A stretch of DNA of 64,000 nucleotides from an uncultured delta proteobacterium (GTDB lineage Bacteria; Myxococcota_A; Polyangia; Polyangiales; Polyangiaceae), in NCBI GenBank assembly GCA_963806225.1, contig CAWDXG010000004.1:3744001-3808000 (forward strand), read 5' to 3'. Below the pieces are notes generated by a model, which was not told the DNA's origin, did no database searches, and worked only from the letters and a program-made list of their open reading frames with translations. This document shows, one piece after another, positions 49,226 through 60,267 of this stretch; within the stretch, counting starts at the first letter, position 1; each line of letters opens with the position of its first letter. The position numbers and the translations under genes are program-made.

Positions 49226-50997
49226 TGCGCCCGCTGCTCGGCCTCGCGCTGCTCCCGACCCTTGCTCTCGCCACCGCCTGCGGCGGCGCCTCTCACGACC
49301 TGGGCGCGGCATTCTCCACCGACTGGCAGAACGACAATGGCCGCTCGATTGCCCAGGTGCAGCAGCGACTCGCCACCGCCAAGCTTCCGCCCGGCGCGGC
49401 GGTCGCAGTCGGCGTGACGGACAAGGGTCTGGTGGGCATCGGGCTCGACGGCTCTGGTCGCTGGGAGCACGCAGTCAAGCTGGATACGCGTCCGGCCGTC
49501 GCAGGGCAGGTCGTGGTAGGGACCGGCGGTGGCCAGGTGTTCGCGCTCGACGCGAAGAGCGGCAGGCAGCTCTGGTCGTTCTCCGACGAGGGACACTCGC
49601 TGGTCGGCGCGGGCGACGACGGCAAGACGACCGTCGTCAATCTGGGCGGAATGAACAGCCCGGGCAGCCTGGTGCTCGCCGTCGATCACCGAGGCCACGT
49701 CGTCAGGCGCCTGCAGCCGAAGCCGCTCATCGGAAAGCCCGCGGTACTGGGCGGCGTCGCGTTTCTGCCCTGGGGTGACCAGTACGTCTCGGCTATCGAT
49801 CTCTCGTCGGGCCAGGAGGCGGGACGCCTGCTCATGCGCGACCAGGTGAGCCACGCGCTGGCCATCGGCGGACAGCTGTACTTCGGCCAGCGCAATCTCG
49901 TGCGTTTCGACAGCCGCATCGACAAGGCGGCGGTCCACCAGGCCGATCGTGTCGATCTGCCGGACACCAAGCTGCCGGGCAGCCCGGAGTGGTTCCACAG
50001 CGGCACGGCCGTGGAGAAGCGCCGCGCCGACGCGCGCGACAGCATCCAGTTGTTCGCACGCCCCACCGGAACCCGTGGCAAGCCGAAACTGGCCGCGGAC
50101 AGGCTCGCGGCAACGTACTTCCGCGTCGTGCTCGGGCTGGACGGAAACGACGGCTCGCTGCGCTGGGTGCGCGCGCTGCCGGAAAACACGCTCGGCGGAG
50201 CGGCAGCCGCGTCCGGCTTCGCGATATGCGACAGCAAGGGTGACGTGTGGCGCATCGGCGCCGACGGCAGCGACGCGGGCAAGGTCTCGCTGGGCGCGCC
50301 GCTCGAGTCGTGCGTGGTGCAGGGCGGCGACTACCAAGTGAGCGGGGGCAAGGCGCCGGGTCCGTTGGCGGAGCAGATCGCCAGCGCCGTGGAACTGCCC
50401 AACGCGGAGCTGGTGACGATCCAGCGCTATCTGCTGGACCAGCTCGGGCCGCTCGAGAACCCGATCGTCACCAAGGTGTTGATCGGTCTGGCGGAGAATC
50501 CGCGCACGGCGCCGATGCTGCTGAAGGACGCCAACGAGCTGCTCGCCAAGCGGCGGAACGGTGAAAAGTACATGCTGGAGGCTCTGAAGCGGCACTACGA
50601 CTACCTGTCGGACGTGCTCAGGCCTCCGCCGGTGGCGCCGCTCGCCGACGCGCTGGCGGCGATGGGCATCAAGGAGGCGGCGCCGCTTCTGGCCGAGCAC
50701 CTGAACGACCCCGCCGACTCGCCGGCGGACATCGAGCACGCCGCGCGCGCACTGGAAAAGCTCGCCACGCCAGATGAATACGAGTCGCTGAAGACGTTCT
50801 TCTCGCTGTATCGGGCCACGGCCGACGAGCAGCCGCTAGTCGACGCGGTGGTCGCGACGGGCAAGACGCTGGTGCGCGTCGGCGGCGACAACGGTCGCAA
50901 GGTGGTCGAGCAGGCCGTGAGCGATCCGCTCACCATGCCCGACGTGAAGGCCGGGCTCGCCGACGCCGTCAAACCCGCGCCGAAGCGCAAGGGCTAG
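49225..50997 (+). CDS. PQQ-like beta-propeller (BamB-like) lipoprotein with helical C-terminal domain
   Basis: LATAC lipobox; VFALDAKSGRQLWSF, AIDLSSGQE, LDGNDGSLRW; HEAT-like helices at the C-terminus. Confidence 0.8.
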   Translation: MRPLLGLALLPTLALATACGGASHDLGAAFSTDWQNDNGRSIAQVQQRLATAKLPPGAAVAVGVTDKGLVGIGLDGSGRWEHAVKLDTRPAVAGQVVVGTGGGQVFALDAKSGRQLWSFSDEGHSLVGAGDDGKTTVVNLGGMNSPGSLVLAVDHRGHVVRRLQPKPLIGKPAVLGGVAFLPWGDQYVSAIDLSSGQEAGRLLMRDQVSHALAIGGQLYFGQRNLVRFDSRIDKAAVHQADRVDLPDTKLPGSPEWFHSGTAVEKRRADARDSIQLFARPTGTRGKPKLAADRLAATYFRVVLGLDGNDGSLRWVRALPENTLGGAAAASGFAICDSKGDVWRIGADGSDAGKVSLGAPLESCVVQGGDYQVSGGKAPGPLAEQIASAVELPNAELVTIQRYLLDQLGPLENPIVTKVLIGLAENPRTAPMLLKDANELLAKRRNGEKYMLEALKRHYDYLSDVLRPPPVAPLADALAAMGIKEAAPLLAEHLNDPADSPADIEHAARALEKLATPDEYESLKTFFSLYRATADEQPLVDAVVATGKTLVRVGGDNGRKVVEQAVSDPLTMPDVKAGLADAVKPAPKRKG

Positions 50998-51001
50998 CGA
51001 C

Positions 51002-52186
51002 TCACTGGTTCATGATGGTCGTGACGTCGGCGGTCGTGAGCGCACCCTGGTAGACGCGGAGGTCGTCGATGTCGCCGTCGAACGAGGTGTTCGTGTTGGA
51101 TCCGATGTAGAACGGATTCGAGTCGGTCACCATCGCCCCCCCGCTGCCGGAGTACCCGCTGGTACCGTAGTCGGTGCCGTCGCGATAGAACGTCATGCTA
51201 GTGGGTCCCTCGACCACGATGGCGTAGTAGTGCCAACTGCCGGCGAGCAGACCGAAGTTCGCGGCGCCGCCGCGGGAGGGCCCGCCAGTTCCGTCGAAGT
51301 ACAAGAGCTGGAACTTGCCGTTGGCGGAGGGCGTGACGATCTCCCAACCCGCTTGCAACCCGCCCGGATTCACATCCGACCGCACTACAACCGCCGGGCC
51401 CCCCACCGTGGGCTTCAGCCAGACCGTTACGCTGAAGGGCACGCTGACCCCGTTCAGCTTGTTGCCGACGTCGACGTAGTCGCCGGAGGAGAGGCTCAAG
51501 GCGCCCCCCTTCTGCCCGGTAACCCACGAGCCGCCGTGAAGCGCGCCGTCGTTGCCATTGCCCGACGAGTCGGTAGCGACGGTACCCGCGTCGTCGAACT
51601 TCCACTCTGCTAGCAGGGTGGCCGAGACGCCTCCGCCGCCCGTACCGGCGCTGCCGCCCGTACCGGCGATGCCGCCCGTGCCGGCGCTGCCGCCCGTACC
51701 GGCGCTGCCGCCCGTACCGGCGCTGCCGCCCGTACCGGCGCTGCCGCCCGTGCCGGCGCTGCCGCCCGTACCGGCGATGCCGCCCGTGCCGGCGCTGCCG
51801 CCGGTACCGCTCGTCCCGCCCGTACCGGCGTGGCCAGCTCCACCGCCGACGCCGGCAGTGCCGCTGCTGCCGGCGGTCCCGCCGGCACCCGCACTGGCAT
51901 CGACGCCGCCGCTGCCGGCCGAAGCGTCCATGCCCCCGCTACCGGCAGAAGCATCGGCCCCCGCGGATCCCGCGGATCCCGCGGATCCCGCGGATCCGGC
52001 GGCGCCAGCCGCGCCACAGGTACACGGCCCGAACGTCCCGTCGGCTGCGCATACCTTGGTGCCGACGCAGCCGTCCACCAACGTACAGGCCGCTACCTCA
52101 CCTTCTCCGCAGGGCTCGATCCTGTTCGTGGTGGAGGACGAGCACGCGGCAACCAGCAGACCAGCCCAGAGCAAGGATGCGCGCAT
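51002..52186 (-). CDS. LamG/ConA-like domain lipoprotein with long Gly-rich linker
   Basis: LLVAAC; EWKFDD..G..ATDSSGNGNDG, FSVTVW, WHYYAIV, FYRDG, FDGDIDDLRVY..ALT. Confidence 0.88.
   Translation of the reverse strand: MRASLLWAGLLVAACSSSTTNRIEPCGEGEVAACTLVDGCVGTKVCAADGTFGPCTCGAAGAAGSAGSAGSAGSAGADASAGSGGMDASAGSGGVDASAGAGGTAGSSGTAGVGGGAGHAGTGGTSGTGGSAGTGGIAGTGGSAGTGGSAGTGGSAGTGGSAGTGGSAGTGGIAGTGGSAGTGGGGVSATLLAEWKFDDAGTVATDSSGNGNDGALHGGSWVTGQKGGALSLSSGDYVDVGNKLNGVSVPFSVTVWLKPTVGGPAVVVRSDVNPGGLQAGWEIVTPSANGKFQLLYFDGTGGPSRGGAANFGLLAGSWHYYAIVVEGPTSMTFYRDGTDYGTSGYSGSGGAMVTDSNPFYIGSNTNTSFDGDIDDLRVYQGALTTADVTTIMNQ
51636..51830 (-). repeat. Coding 18-bp tandem repeat (GTGGSA/GTGGIA), about 10 copies
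   Basis: GCCGCCCGTACCGGCGCT-type units on the plus strand. Confidence 0.85.
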
Positions 52187-52284
52187 GTCCGCATCGTCGC
52201 CGCGTGTCGCCGCGATGAACATGGTCATTTCGACGACCGCTTCCGCGCTAGGGGCGCGTGCGCCGTTCGCTCGCTCGACGGCTG

Positions 52285-52821
52285 CTACTTGTCGCTATCG
52301 TCGACGCGGACGCGCGAACGGGGTTCGTCACCCCGCTCGGCGGGCTCGTCCCCGGTGGAGCTCTCCGCGTCGTCGGGCTTCTGTGCGGAGGGCGAGCGGC
52401 TGGCACGCTGCGCGCCGCTGACGACACTCTCGACGCGATCGGCGACGCGCTCCACGACGCCGAGGAGCTCTCGGCCGGCGTCCTCGGCGATCTCCTCGAT
52501 GCGACGCGGGTCCAGGTTGCGCGCGGCCTTGCGACCTAGCTCGCCCACCTTGCGGCGGTCGAGGTTCTCGACGCTCGACACGGCGCGGCGCCCGAGCTCC
52601 TCGATGCGCCCCGGATCGATGCCGCGCATCGCCTTGCGGGCGGCACGAAGCATCAGCTCCAGACCGTCGGCGAGATCGTCCGACGCGCTGCGTCCACGTT
52701 CCCCGGGCTCGCTGGACGCGGCCTCCTGCTCCCCGCCGGCCACCGGCTCGCGGGCGTTGCCGGGCTGCGCTTCCGCGTCTTTTCCGGGCTCCTCCGGGCC
52801 TGTCGAGCGCTCTTCCGCCAT
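52285..52821 (-). CDS. Hypothetical helical protein with internal repeats
   Basis: Repeated (I/L)DP.R(I/V)EELGR.A motifs with acidic termini; coding-like codon use. Confidence 0.7.
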   Translation of the reverse strand: MAEERSTGPEEPGKDAEAQPGNAREPVAGGEQEAASSEPGERGRSASDDLADGLELMLRAARKAMRGIDPGRIEELGRRAVSSVENLDRRKVGELGRKAARNLDPRRIEEIAEDAGRELLGVVERVADRVESVVSGAQRASRSPSAQKPDDAESSTGDEPAERGDEPRSRVRVDDSDK

Positions 52822-52951
52822 GGGCGTCGAGTCTGGCCACGCCCCGGGCCCGGCGCAAGCGCCGGCGAAAGCTGGCCGAACGCCCCGGCATGCCCTAGAT
52901 CCCTAGCCGACCCGGGTCCCGCGGCCCGGCCGCTTCAAGGACAGACCTTCC

Positions 52952-53845
52952 ATGACTGACCACGACCGGACCCGCGACCTCGAGCTCGCCATCGACGAGG
53001 TCGTCGCGAGCTACGACGGGCCGGAGGAAATCAACAACCTGGAGAGCGCCGCGCTGCCCAACAAGCGGGCGGTGGTCGAGGCCTTCAACCACATCAAGCC
53101 CGTCCTCTTCATGGGCTTCTTCAGCACCCGAGGGCTGAACCGCGACAACCTCCGCCACACGGTCAGCGAGCAGCTGTATCCGGCGTACGAGCTTCTGGTC
53201 GAGCAGATCAACCGCGCCGTGACCTACGAGGAGAGCGTGGGGCGCAGCGACACGCCGCGACCCCAGGGCTGGAGCTCGGAGGTCGTGCTCAGGCTGTTCC
53301 ACGCCCTGCCCGCAGTCCGCCGCATGCTCAACACGGATGCCCTGGCCACCTACGACGGCGACCCGGCGGCGAAGAGCCTGGAAGAGATCATCTTCAGCTA
53401 TCCGAACATCGGGGCCATCACGGCGCATCGCGTCGCGCACGTGCTGCATCTCGAAGGCGTCCCGATGATCCCGCGCATCATCAGCGAGTACGCCCACGGC
53501 GAGACGGGCATCGACCTCCACCCCGGCGCGCAGATCGGCGAGCGCTTCTTCATCGATCACGGCACCGGCACCGTCGTCGGCGAGACGACCGTCATCGGAA
53601 GGAACGTGAAGATCTACCAGGGTGTGACGCTGGGCGCGCTCAGCGTGCGGCGCTCGGACCGGCACGACCACCCGAACGGCAAGCAGCGCCACCCGACGCT
53701 GGAGGACAATGTCACGATCTACTCCGGCGCCACGATCCTGGGCGGAGACACGGTGATCGGCGAGGGCTCGGTCATCGGCGGCAACGTGTGGCTGGTCAAG
53801 TCGGTACCGCCGGGCTCCAAGATATTCGGCCGCGCGCGGGAGTAG
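52952..53845 (+). CDS. cysE: Serine O-acetyltransferase
   Basis: [57 protein letters not shown]. Confidence 0.93.
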   Translation: MTDHDRTRDLELAIDEVVASYDGPEEINNLESAALPNKRAVVEAFNHIKPVLFMGFFSTRGLNRDNLRHTVSEQLYPAYELLVEQINRAVTYEESVGRSDTPRPQGWSSEVVLRLFHALPAVRRMLNTDALATYDGDPAAKSLEEIIFSYPNIGAITAHRVAHVLHLEGVPMIPRIISEYAHGETGIDLHPGAQIGERFFIDHGTGTVVGETTVIGRNVKIYQGVTLGALSVRRSDRHDHPNGKQRHPTLEDNVTIYSGATILGGDTVIGEGSVIGGNVWLVKSVPPGSKIFGRARE

Positions 53846-53879
53846 CGGCCGCATGCGCTCCGTGGTGAAGTAGGCGCCG

Positions 53880-54464
53880 ATGAGAGGGCTTGTGGCTTGC
53901 CTGGGCAGCGCGTTCGCCGTAGCCGCGTGCGCGCAGACGATCGATCCCGAGAGACATCCCGCCTACACGGGGGGCAGCGCGGGCACGGCCGCGAGCGGCG
54001 GCTCTAGCAGCTCCGGCGGCAGCGCGGGCCGCGAGCGAGTGGCGGTTCGGCGGGTAGCGGCGGCAATGCGGGCAACGCCGGCTCGAGCGGGAGCGGCGGC
54101 TCGCAGCGGTAGCGGCGGAAGCGCGGGGCTCGAGCGGTAGCGGCGGAAGCGGCGGTGCACATGGATCCGGGCCTCGTGCTGCCCGGCCCAGGCGGCGCGT
54201 CCGTGCACGACCCCCGGCTCCGGCACCAGCTGCGGCTATCTGGAAGTGTGCCGCATCGCCGGGCCCGACTCGGGCCGCTGCGAGTCCTGCGACAACTGCG
54301 GCAACCTCGGCGCCTACTGCACGACCAACCGTGACTGCGACATCCTTTTCCAGTGCTACCAGCACACCTGCACGAACATCTGCCCGCTGGGCACCAGCTA
54401 CTGCGGCCCCGTCGCCGACTGCCTCGACGTCGGGAACAGCAAGTACGGCGTATGCAAGCCGTGA
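53880..54464 (+). CDS. Small Cys-rich lipoprotein (frameshifts in the Gly/Ser linker)
   Basis: FAVAAC lipobox in 53880..54140; Cys-rich C-terminus in 54246..54464 (CESCDNCG..CTTNRDC..CTNICP..CGPVADC..VCKP). Confidence 0.7.
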
Positions 54465-54470
54465 CGGCCG

Positions 54471-55618
54471 CTATACGATCTCGAGCGGATCGCGGTCGCG
54501 CTTCGAGACGACGGCGCTGAGCCTTCCGCCTCCGAGCTCCACCAGGCGCTCGGCCAGCGTGGGCAGATAGCCCCGTTCGGTGTTGGTGTGGTCGCAGAGC
54601 ACAACGCTGGTGCCGGTCGCGACGCGGGCGAGCACGTCGTGGTGGCGCATCTCGCCGGTGAGCAGCAGCTCGGGGCCGCGGAGCTTCTCGAACAGCGAGC
54701 CTCCGGCGCCGGCGCACACGGCGGCCTTGGCGATGGGCGCGCCCGAGCGATGCTCCGGCGCCGCGGCGACGCGCACGCGCTCGAGGCCGAGGTGCGACTT
54801 GATGCGGGCGACGAGCACGTCGAGCTTCGCCGGCTCCCGCAGCGCGACGAGCCGGCCCATGCCGGAGCCGGGGCGCGGCTTCTGCGCGAGCGGATACACA
54901 TCCCAGGCGGGCTCCTCGTAGGGGTGCACGCGACGGATGGCCTCGGCCGCGCGTGGCAGCTGGCGGCGGCCGCACACCATTTCCATGCGGACTTCCTCGA
55001 CCGTCTCGAGCTGCCCGCTCTTGCCGACGGCGGGGTTCGTGCCCTCGTGGCCGAGGAAGGTCCCGTGGCCGCCCAGGTTGTAGCTGCAGTGGGAGTAGTT
55101 GCCGATCCATCCGGCGCCGGCTTCGGTGGAGCGCATCGCGTAGCGCGCTGGTGTTTTCCTCCGGCACGAAAACGACGAGCTTGAATTCGTCGCCCTCGAA
55201 GGATTGCTCGATGGGCGCGCTTTCTCCCTCGCCCAGCGCTGCGGCGAGCCAGTCGTTGACGCCGCCGGGCGCGGCGTCGAGCGCGGTATGCGGCGAGTAG
55301 ATGGCGATGCCGGCGCGCACGGCGGTGAGCAGCACGCGGCTCTGCGGCGCATCGGCCGTGAGGCGCTTGAGCCCGCGGAAGATGGGCGGGTGGTAGGCGA
55401 CCACGAGCTCGGCGCGCTCTTCCAGCGCCTCTTCCAGCACCGCCTCGGTCAGATCGATAGTCAGAAGTGCGCGGCTCACCGGCGCAGCCCTGCGCGAAGC
55501 TGGCTCGGCTGCGGCCACGGGCTCGAGCAGGAGCCCCACGTTGTCCCAGTCCTCCGCGAACCCAGGGCGGCGCGATCGACTCCAGCAGCTCGACGAGGTG
55601 ACCTAGCGAAGTGGGCAT
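54471..55618 (-). CDS. Nif3-like dinuclear metal centre protein (YqfO type; frameshifted)
   Basis: LESIAPP, WDNVGL, YHPPIF, HTALD..GGVNDWLA, AGAGWIGNYSHCS, HPYEEPA, TGEMRHH, HTNTER, spread across three frames. Confidence 0.9.
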
Positions 55619-55716
55619 GGCGCTGATGTAACGCCGCCCCGGGGGGCCAAACAAGGGGGCGAAAATGCTCTTGCCGGGTTGCCGGGTCTGGGCCAGCCGA
55701 AGCATCATGCGCGACC

Positions 55717-56475
55717 ATGACCTGGCAGCAGCACTTCGCGCAGATGCACAACCTGGACAACGAGAACCCGCAGAAGTGGCAGATGGCCGAGCAGTTCGCG
55801 CAGGCCATCGGCGGGCAATTCCTGCAGGGGCACCAGACGGTCCAGAACAAGACCGACGGGGCGCTCGAGCTCCGCGGCCGCTACCAGAACTACCCGGTGC
55901 GGCTGAAGCTGGAGATGTCCTTCCTGGGGCTGGAATGGGAAATGAAGGCGACCAATCCGCCGAATACCACGCTGTACCTGCACTGGGACCTGGACGCGGT
56001 GCCGAACGTGGGACAGTTCCAGGGCCAGGCGGCCGACGACTGGGCCGAAGACGACGACGAGCAGAAGTACTTCTTCGCCAAGGGCTATTACCTGGACATC
56101 GACGCGAACGAGATCGACCGCCAGCTTTCCATGTACCAGTCGCTGCCCGAACCTGTGCGCCAGTCACTGGCCACCTACATGCCGGGCGACCAGATCATGC
56201 ACTACTACCTCTACGGACGCGGCGATCAGTTCCTGATGTTCAAGAACGAGGCGCACGAGCTGCCCGACCCGCTGAACCAGGTCGCGCGCGGCGTGTGGCT
56301 GATGGGGCAGGTGGCCTGGGGCCTGGCACAGATCGACCCGGCCCAGCTGCCCGGGCAATCGCAGCCCGCGCCGCAGGGCATGATGTACAAGATGACCTGC
56401 GCGTACTGCAGCTCGCTGTACCTCTGGAGCCAGAACCAGGCGTGTCCGAACTGCGGAGCGCCGCCGCAGGGCTGA
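55717..56475 (+). CDS. Hypothetical protein with C-terminal zinc ribbon
   Basis: Strong coding bias; CAYC...CPNCG at the C-terminus. Confidence 0.8.
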   Translation: MTWQQHFAQMHNLDNENPQKWQMAEQFAQAIGGQFLQGHQTVQNKTDGALELRGRYQNYPVRLKLEMSFLGLEWEMKATNPPNTTLYLHWDLDAVPNVGQFQGQAADDWAEDDDEQKYFFAKGYYLDIDANEIDRQLSMYQSLPEPVRQSLATYMPGDQIMHYYLYGRGDQFLMFKNEAHELPDPLNQVARGVWLMGQVAWGLAQIDPAQLPGQSQPAPQGMMYKMTCAYCSSLYLWSQNQACPNCGAPPQG

Positions 56476-56525
56476 TCGGCGGACGGACGTGGCCACGCGG
56501 CCGCGGGTGATCTACGACTCGCGGC

Positions 56526-57088
56526 GTGACTGAAACGGCTCTGCCCTTCGGGGCGCGGTTTTTCCTGGCTTTCGCGGCATTTTTCGCCGTGTTGTTCGAC
56601 GGCGCCTTCGCGGCGCAGGTGCAGCAGCTGAAGAGCGGAGCCCCCGAGCTGCCGCCGGCGCCCGAACCGGAGCCGGAACCCGAGCCCGCGCCCGTCAAGG
56701 AGAAGCGGAACCTGGAGCCGGCGCTGCAGCTCCTGTCGCTGCTGCAGCGCGAGGGCCGGCTGGTAGACTTCCTGCAGCAGGACATCGCCGACTTCAGCGA
56801 CGCGGACATCGGCGCGGCGGCGCGCGTGGTGCACGACGGCTGCGCCAAGGCGCTGGGCGCGCACGCGAAGATCGAGCCCTTGCGCAGCGAGAACGAGGGG
56901 GCGCGCGTGACGCTCCGAAGCCGGCTTCGACGCCGCGGCGGTGAAGCTGACGGGAAACGTCTCGGGCAAGCCGCCGTTTTCCGGCGTGCTCCGGCATCGC
57001 GGCTGGCGCGCGGCATCCGATCGAGCTGCCGGAGCTGGTGGGCGAGTACGACGCGACCGTGCTGGCGCCGGCGGAGGTCGAGCTGTGA
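56526..57088 (+). CDS. DUF2760-domain protein (frameshifted near the 3' end)
   Basis: ALQLLSLLQREGRLVDFLQQDI..FSDADIGAAARVVHDGC, KLTGNVSGKPPF.GVLRHRGW, VLAPAEVEL*. Confidence 0.85.
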
Positions 57089-58908
57089 GCGAGGCGCGCT
57101 TCGCCGTCGGCATCGACCTGGGCACTACGCACTCGGCGCTGGCAGCAGTGGAGCTCGAGCGCGAGCAGGGCCACCCGGAGGTGTTCGCGGTGCCGCAGCT
57201 GGTCGCGCGCGCGGCGGTGGAAGCACGGGCGCTCTTGCCGTCGTTCGTGTACTTCGCGCACGAGAGCGAAGGGCGCGCTATCGCTGCCGTGGGACAAGAG
57301 ACCGCAGCGTTCGCGGTGGGCGAGTTCGCACGCTCCCGTGGCGTGGAGTCGCCGGTGCGGTTGGTATCGAGCGCGAAGAGCTGGCTGTCGCACACTGGCA
57401 TCGACCGCCGCGCACCGGTACTGCCTATCGGTGCGCCGGACGACGTGGAAAAGATCTCGCCGGTCGAGGCCTCGTGGCGCTATCTCGATCACCTGGCGGA
57501 AGCGTGGCAGCACGAGCGCGGCACGGACGCGCCGCTGCCGGAACAGGAAGTCGTGCTCACGGTGCCTGCATCCTTCGACGCGGCCGCGCGCGACCTGACG
57601 GTCGAGGCAGCGTACGCTGCGGGCTTCGAGAATGTCACGCTGCTGGAGGAGCCGCAGGCGGCCCTCTACGCCTGGATCGAAAGCGCCGGCGACGGCTGGC
57701 GCAAGCACCTGTCGCCCGGCGACGTGGTGCTGGTCGTCGACATCGGCGGCGGCACGACGGATTTCTCGGCGATTGCCTGCGTGGAGCGCGAAGGCTCGCT
57801 GGAGCTCTATCGCATCGCCGTCGGCGATCACATCCTGCTAGGCGGCGACAACATGGACCTGGCGCTGGCCCACACCGTCAAGCAGAAGCTCGCCGAAGCG
57901 GGCACCGAGCTCGACCGCTGGCAGCTCGGCGCGCTCTCGCACGCCTGCCGCGCGGCGAAGGAAAAGCTGCTGGGCGGCCCCGACGCGACGGCCGTGCCAG
58001 TGGTGCTGCCGAGCCGCGGCTCGCAGCTGCTGGGCGGCTCGATCCGCAGCGAGCTGACGCGCGAGGAGGTCGAGCGGGTCATCGTGGAAGGCTTTTTCCC
58101 GGTGGTGGAAGCGAGCGCCAAGCCCGCGCGGCGGGCGCGGTCGGCGCTCACGCAGCTCGGTTTGCCGTACGCGGCCGACCCGGGCGTGACGCGGCACCTG
58201 GCCGACTTCCTGACGCGCCAGGCAGGCGCGACGGACCAGCTCGAGGGCGCACGCGCGCAAGGCGGCTCGCTATTGCACCCGACGTGGGTGCTGTTCAACG
58301 GCGGCGTGGTCAAGGCGCCAGCGCTGCGCGAGCGCGTCATTTCCACATTGAATACATGGCTCGAAGCCGACGGCGCGGCGCCCGCGCGCGTGCTACCCGG
58401 CGAGGACCCGGATCTGGCCGTGGCGCGCGGCGCGGCGTACTACGCGCTGGTGCGCCGCGGGCGCGGCTTGCGTATCCGCGGCGGTACGGCGCGCGCGTAC
58501 TATGTGGGCATCGAGAGCCCGATGCCGGCGGTACCGGGCGTCGAGCCGCCCATCAACGCCCTCTGCGTGGCGCCGTTCGGACTGGAAGAGGGCAGCGAAG
58601 TCGAGCTGCCGGAGCACCAGCTCGGTGTGGTTGTGGGCGAGCCCGTGAGCTTTCGCTTCTTCGGCTCCAGCGTGCGGCGCGACGACCAGGCAGGCACCGA
58701 GCTCGAGCGCTGGGCACCCGGCGAGCTCGAAGAGCTGTCGCCCATCGAGATCACGCTGCCCGCCGAGGGCCGCCGCGAAGGCGACGTCGTCCCCGTGAAG
58801 CTCGACGCGCGCGTGACCCCCGTCGGCACGCTGCTGCTCGAAGCCGTCCCGATCGAGCCGCTGAAGGACGACGAGCGCTGGAAGATCGAACTGAGTGTCC
58901 GATCCTAG
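57085..58908 (+). CDS. Hsp70-family (DnaK-related) protein
   Basis: GIDLGTTHS, VLTVPASF, EEPQAA, DIGGGTTDF, LGGDNMD, FNGG, AVARGAA. The GTG overlaps the DUF2760 stop. Confidence 0.92.
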   Translation: MSEARFAVGIDLGTTHSALAAVELEREQGHPEVFAVPQLVARAAVEARALLPSFVYFAHESEGRAIAAVGQETAAFAVGEFARSRGVESPVRLVSSAKSWLSHTGIDRRAPVLPIGAPDDVEKISPVEASWRYLDHLAEAWQHERGTDAPLPEQEVVLTVPASFDAAARDLTVEAAYAAGFENVTLLEEPQAALYAWIESAGDGWRKHLSPGDVVLVVDIGGGTTDFSAIACVEREGSLELYRIAVGDHILLGGDNMDLALAHTVKQKLAEAGTELDRWQLGALSHACRAAKEKLLGGPDATAVPVVLPSRGSQLLGGSIRSELTREEVERVIVEGFFPVVEASAKPARRARSALTQLGLPYAADPGVTRHLADFLTRQAGATDQLEGARAQGGSLLHPTWVLFNGGVVKAPALRERVISTLNTWLEADGAAPARVLPGEDPDLAVARGAAYYALVRRGRGLRIRGGTARAYYVGIESPMPAVPGVEPPINALCVAPFGLEEGSEVELPEHQLGVVVGEPVSFRFFGSSVRRDDQAGTELERWAPGELEELSPIEITLPAEGRREGDVVPVKLDARVTPVGTLLLEAVPIEPLKDDERWKIELSVRS

Positions 58909-58956
58909 CAATCGCGGGTGGTGGCAATTTGCAGATTGCCGTGGCATGTCCGCTCC

Positions 58957-59784
58957 ATGAAGCGGCTACTTGCTTTTTCCTTCCTGATGTCGTTTTCAAT
59001 TGCCGCGTGCAGCAGCGGCTCGGGGCGAGGCAACCTGGAACCGGACGGCGGCCTGGGTGGCAACAGCTTCGGCGGGAGCAGCTCCGGCGGGAGCGGAGGG
59101 TCGACGACGGGCGCCGGCAGCATTGCGCTCTCGGTGCCCAGCGCGTCGGCTCCGTCCCAGGTCGCGAGCTCGTCGCCGTCAGCCGGCAACACCTTCGCAG
59201 AGCTCGATGTCACCCTGCAGAACAAGTCGAGCTCGACTCCCGTGTCGATGAACTTCGCGCTGTTCACGCTCGGCACCGATCAGTCGCTCGTGCTGAACTC
59301 GTCGGGCTTGAGCGGCTCGGTCACTCCCGAATGCTCGCCGAGCACGTCGGTGGCAACCGGCGGCAGCTTCAGCTGCAAGCTGGTGTTCGAAGTACCGACC
59401 GGCCAGAAGGCGACCACGATCTACTACGACGACAAGCAGGGGCACCAGGCATCGGCACCGGTTCCGGCCATTGCCGCTCCGCCGCCTTCGACGTGCGAGC
59501 AGTCCGCAACCGTACTGACAGCAGCTTTTGCCAACCCGAGCGGCCCATGCGGTCAGTGCGTGTTCGACGGTCTTCAGCCGGGCTCCGCAAGTTGCGGCGC
59601 GGAGAGCACTGCGGCGACGAACGCGTGTTCCGGGCAGAACTGCTTCAACAACTGCGTGGGCAGCAGCGGTGGCACCCCTGCGGCATTCTGCTCATGCTAC
59701 CAGTCCTGCGCCGACGCAGCGTGCTGGGCGGCCGCCCAGACCGACCTGGCGTGCATCGCGAAGGCCTGCGCCTCGTCGTGCTGA
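58957..59784 (+). CDS. Lipoprotein with DUF4352-like Ig domain and Cys-rich helical tail
   Basis: MKRLLAFSFLMSFSIAAC; GNTFAELDVTLQN...F.L...LVFEVP; many Cys in the C-terminus. Confidence 0.75.
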   Translation: MKRLLAFSFLMSFSIAACSSGSGRGNLEPDGGLGGNSFGGSSSGGSGGSTTGAGSIALSVPSASAPSQVASSSPSAGNTFAELDVTLQNKSSSTPVSMNFALFTLGTDQSLVLNSSGLSGSVTPECSPSTSVATGGSFSCKLVFEVPTGQKATTIYYDDKQGHQASAPVPAIAAPPPSTCEQSATVLTAAFANPSGPCGQCVFDGLQPGSASCGAESTAATNACSGQNCFNNCVGSSGGTPAAFCSCYQSCADAACWAAAQTDLACIAKACASSC

Positions 59785-59867
59785 GGGCCTGACCGCTCCG
59801 CCCTGCACGGCGGACCGCACGCGAACCCTTTCCGTCGCCATCGGCTCGGACCCAGCGAAGGTCCCTC

Positions 59868-60267
59868 ATGAGCATCACGAGCGTGGTCGGTGTAGCTGTC
59901 GCCATCCTGTTGGTTCTGTTCTTCGGGCTCAACCTCTGGATTCCGCCTGCGCAGCAAGGCGATGGAGGGCAAGCCCCTTCCGGACGTGCCGGGAAGCATC
60001 GGCAGGAAGCTCGCCCACGCGAACCGCGCACTGGTCTACTTCATGAGCCCAGGCTGCGCCGCCTGCCGGCCGCTGACTCCGAAGGTGAAGGAGCTGAGCC
60101 GCAAGAACTCCAACGTGTTCGTGGTCGACGTGACGCACCAGCTCGAGGTGGCAAGGGCGCTGCATGTGATGGCCACGCCGAGCACCGTCGAGGTCGATCA
60201 CGGCCACATCGTCAAGGTGCACGTCGGGGCATTGCCCCCCGACGTGCTCGCGCGGTTCGCCGGCTAG
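59868..60267 (+). CDS. Membrane-anchored thioredoxin-like protein (frameshift near 59942)
   Basis: TM segment MSITSVVGVAVAILLVLFFGLNLW, then ORF 59962..60267 with YFMSPGCAACR and cis-Pro motif ATPST. Confidence 0.82.
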
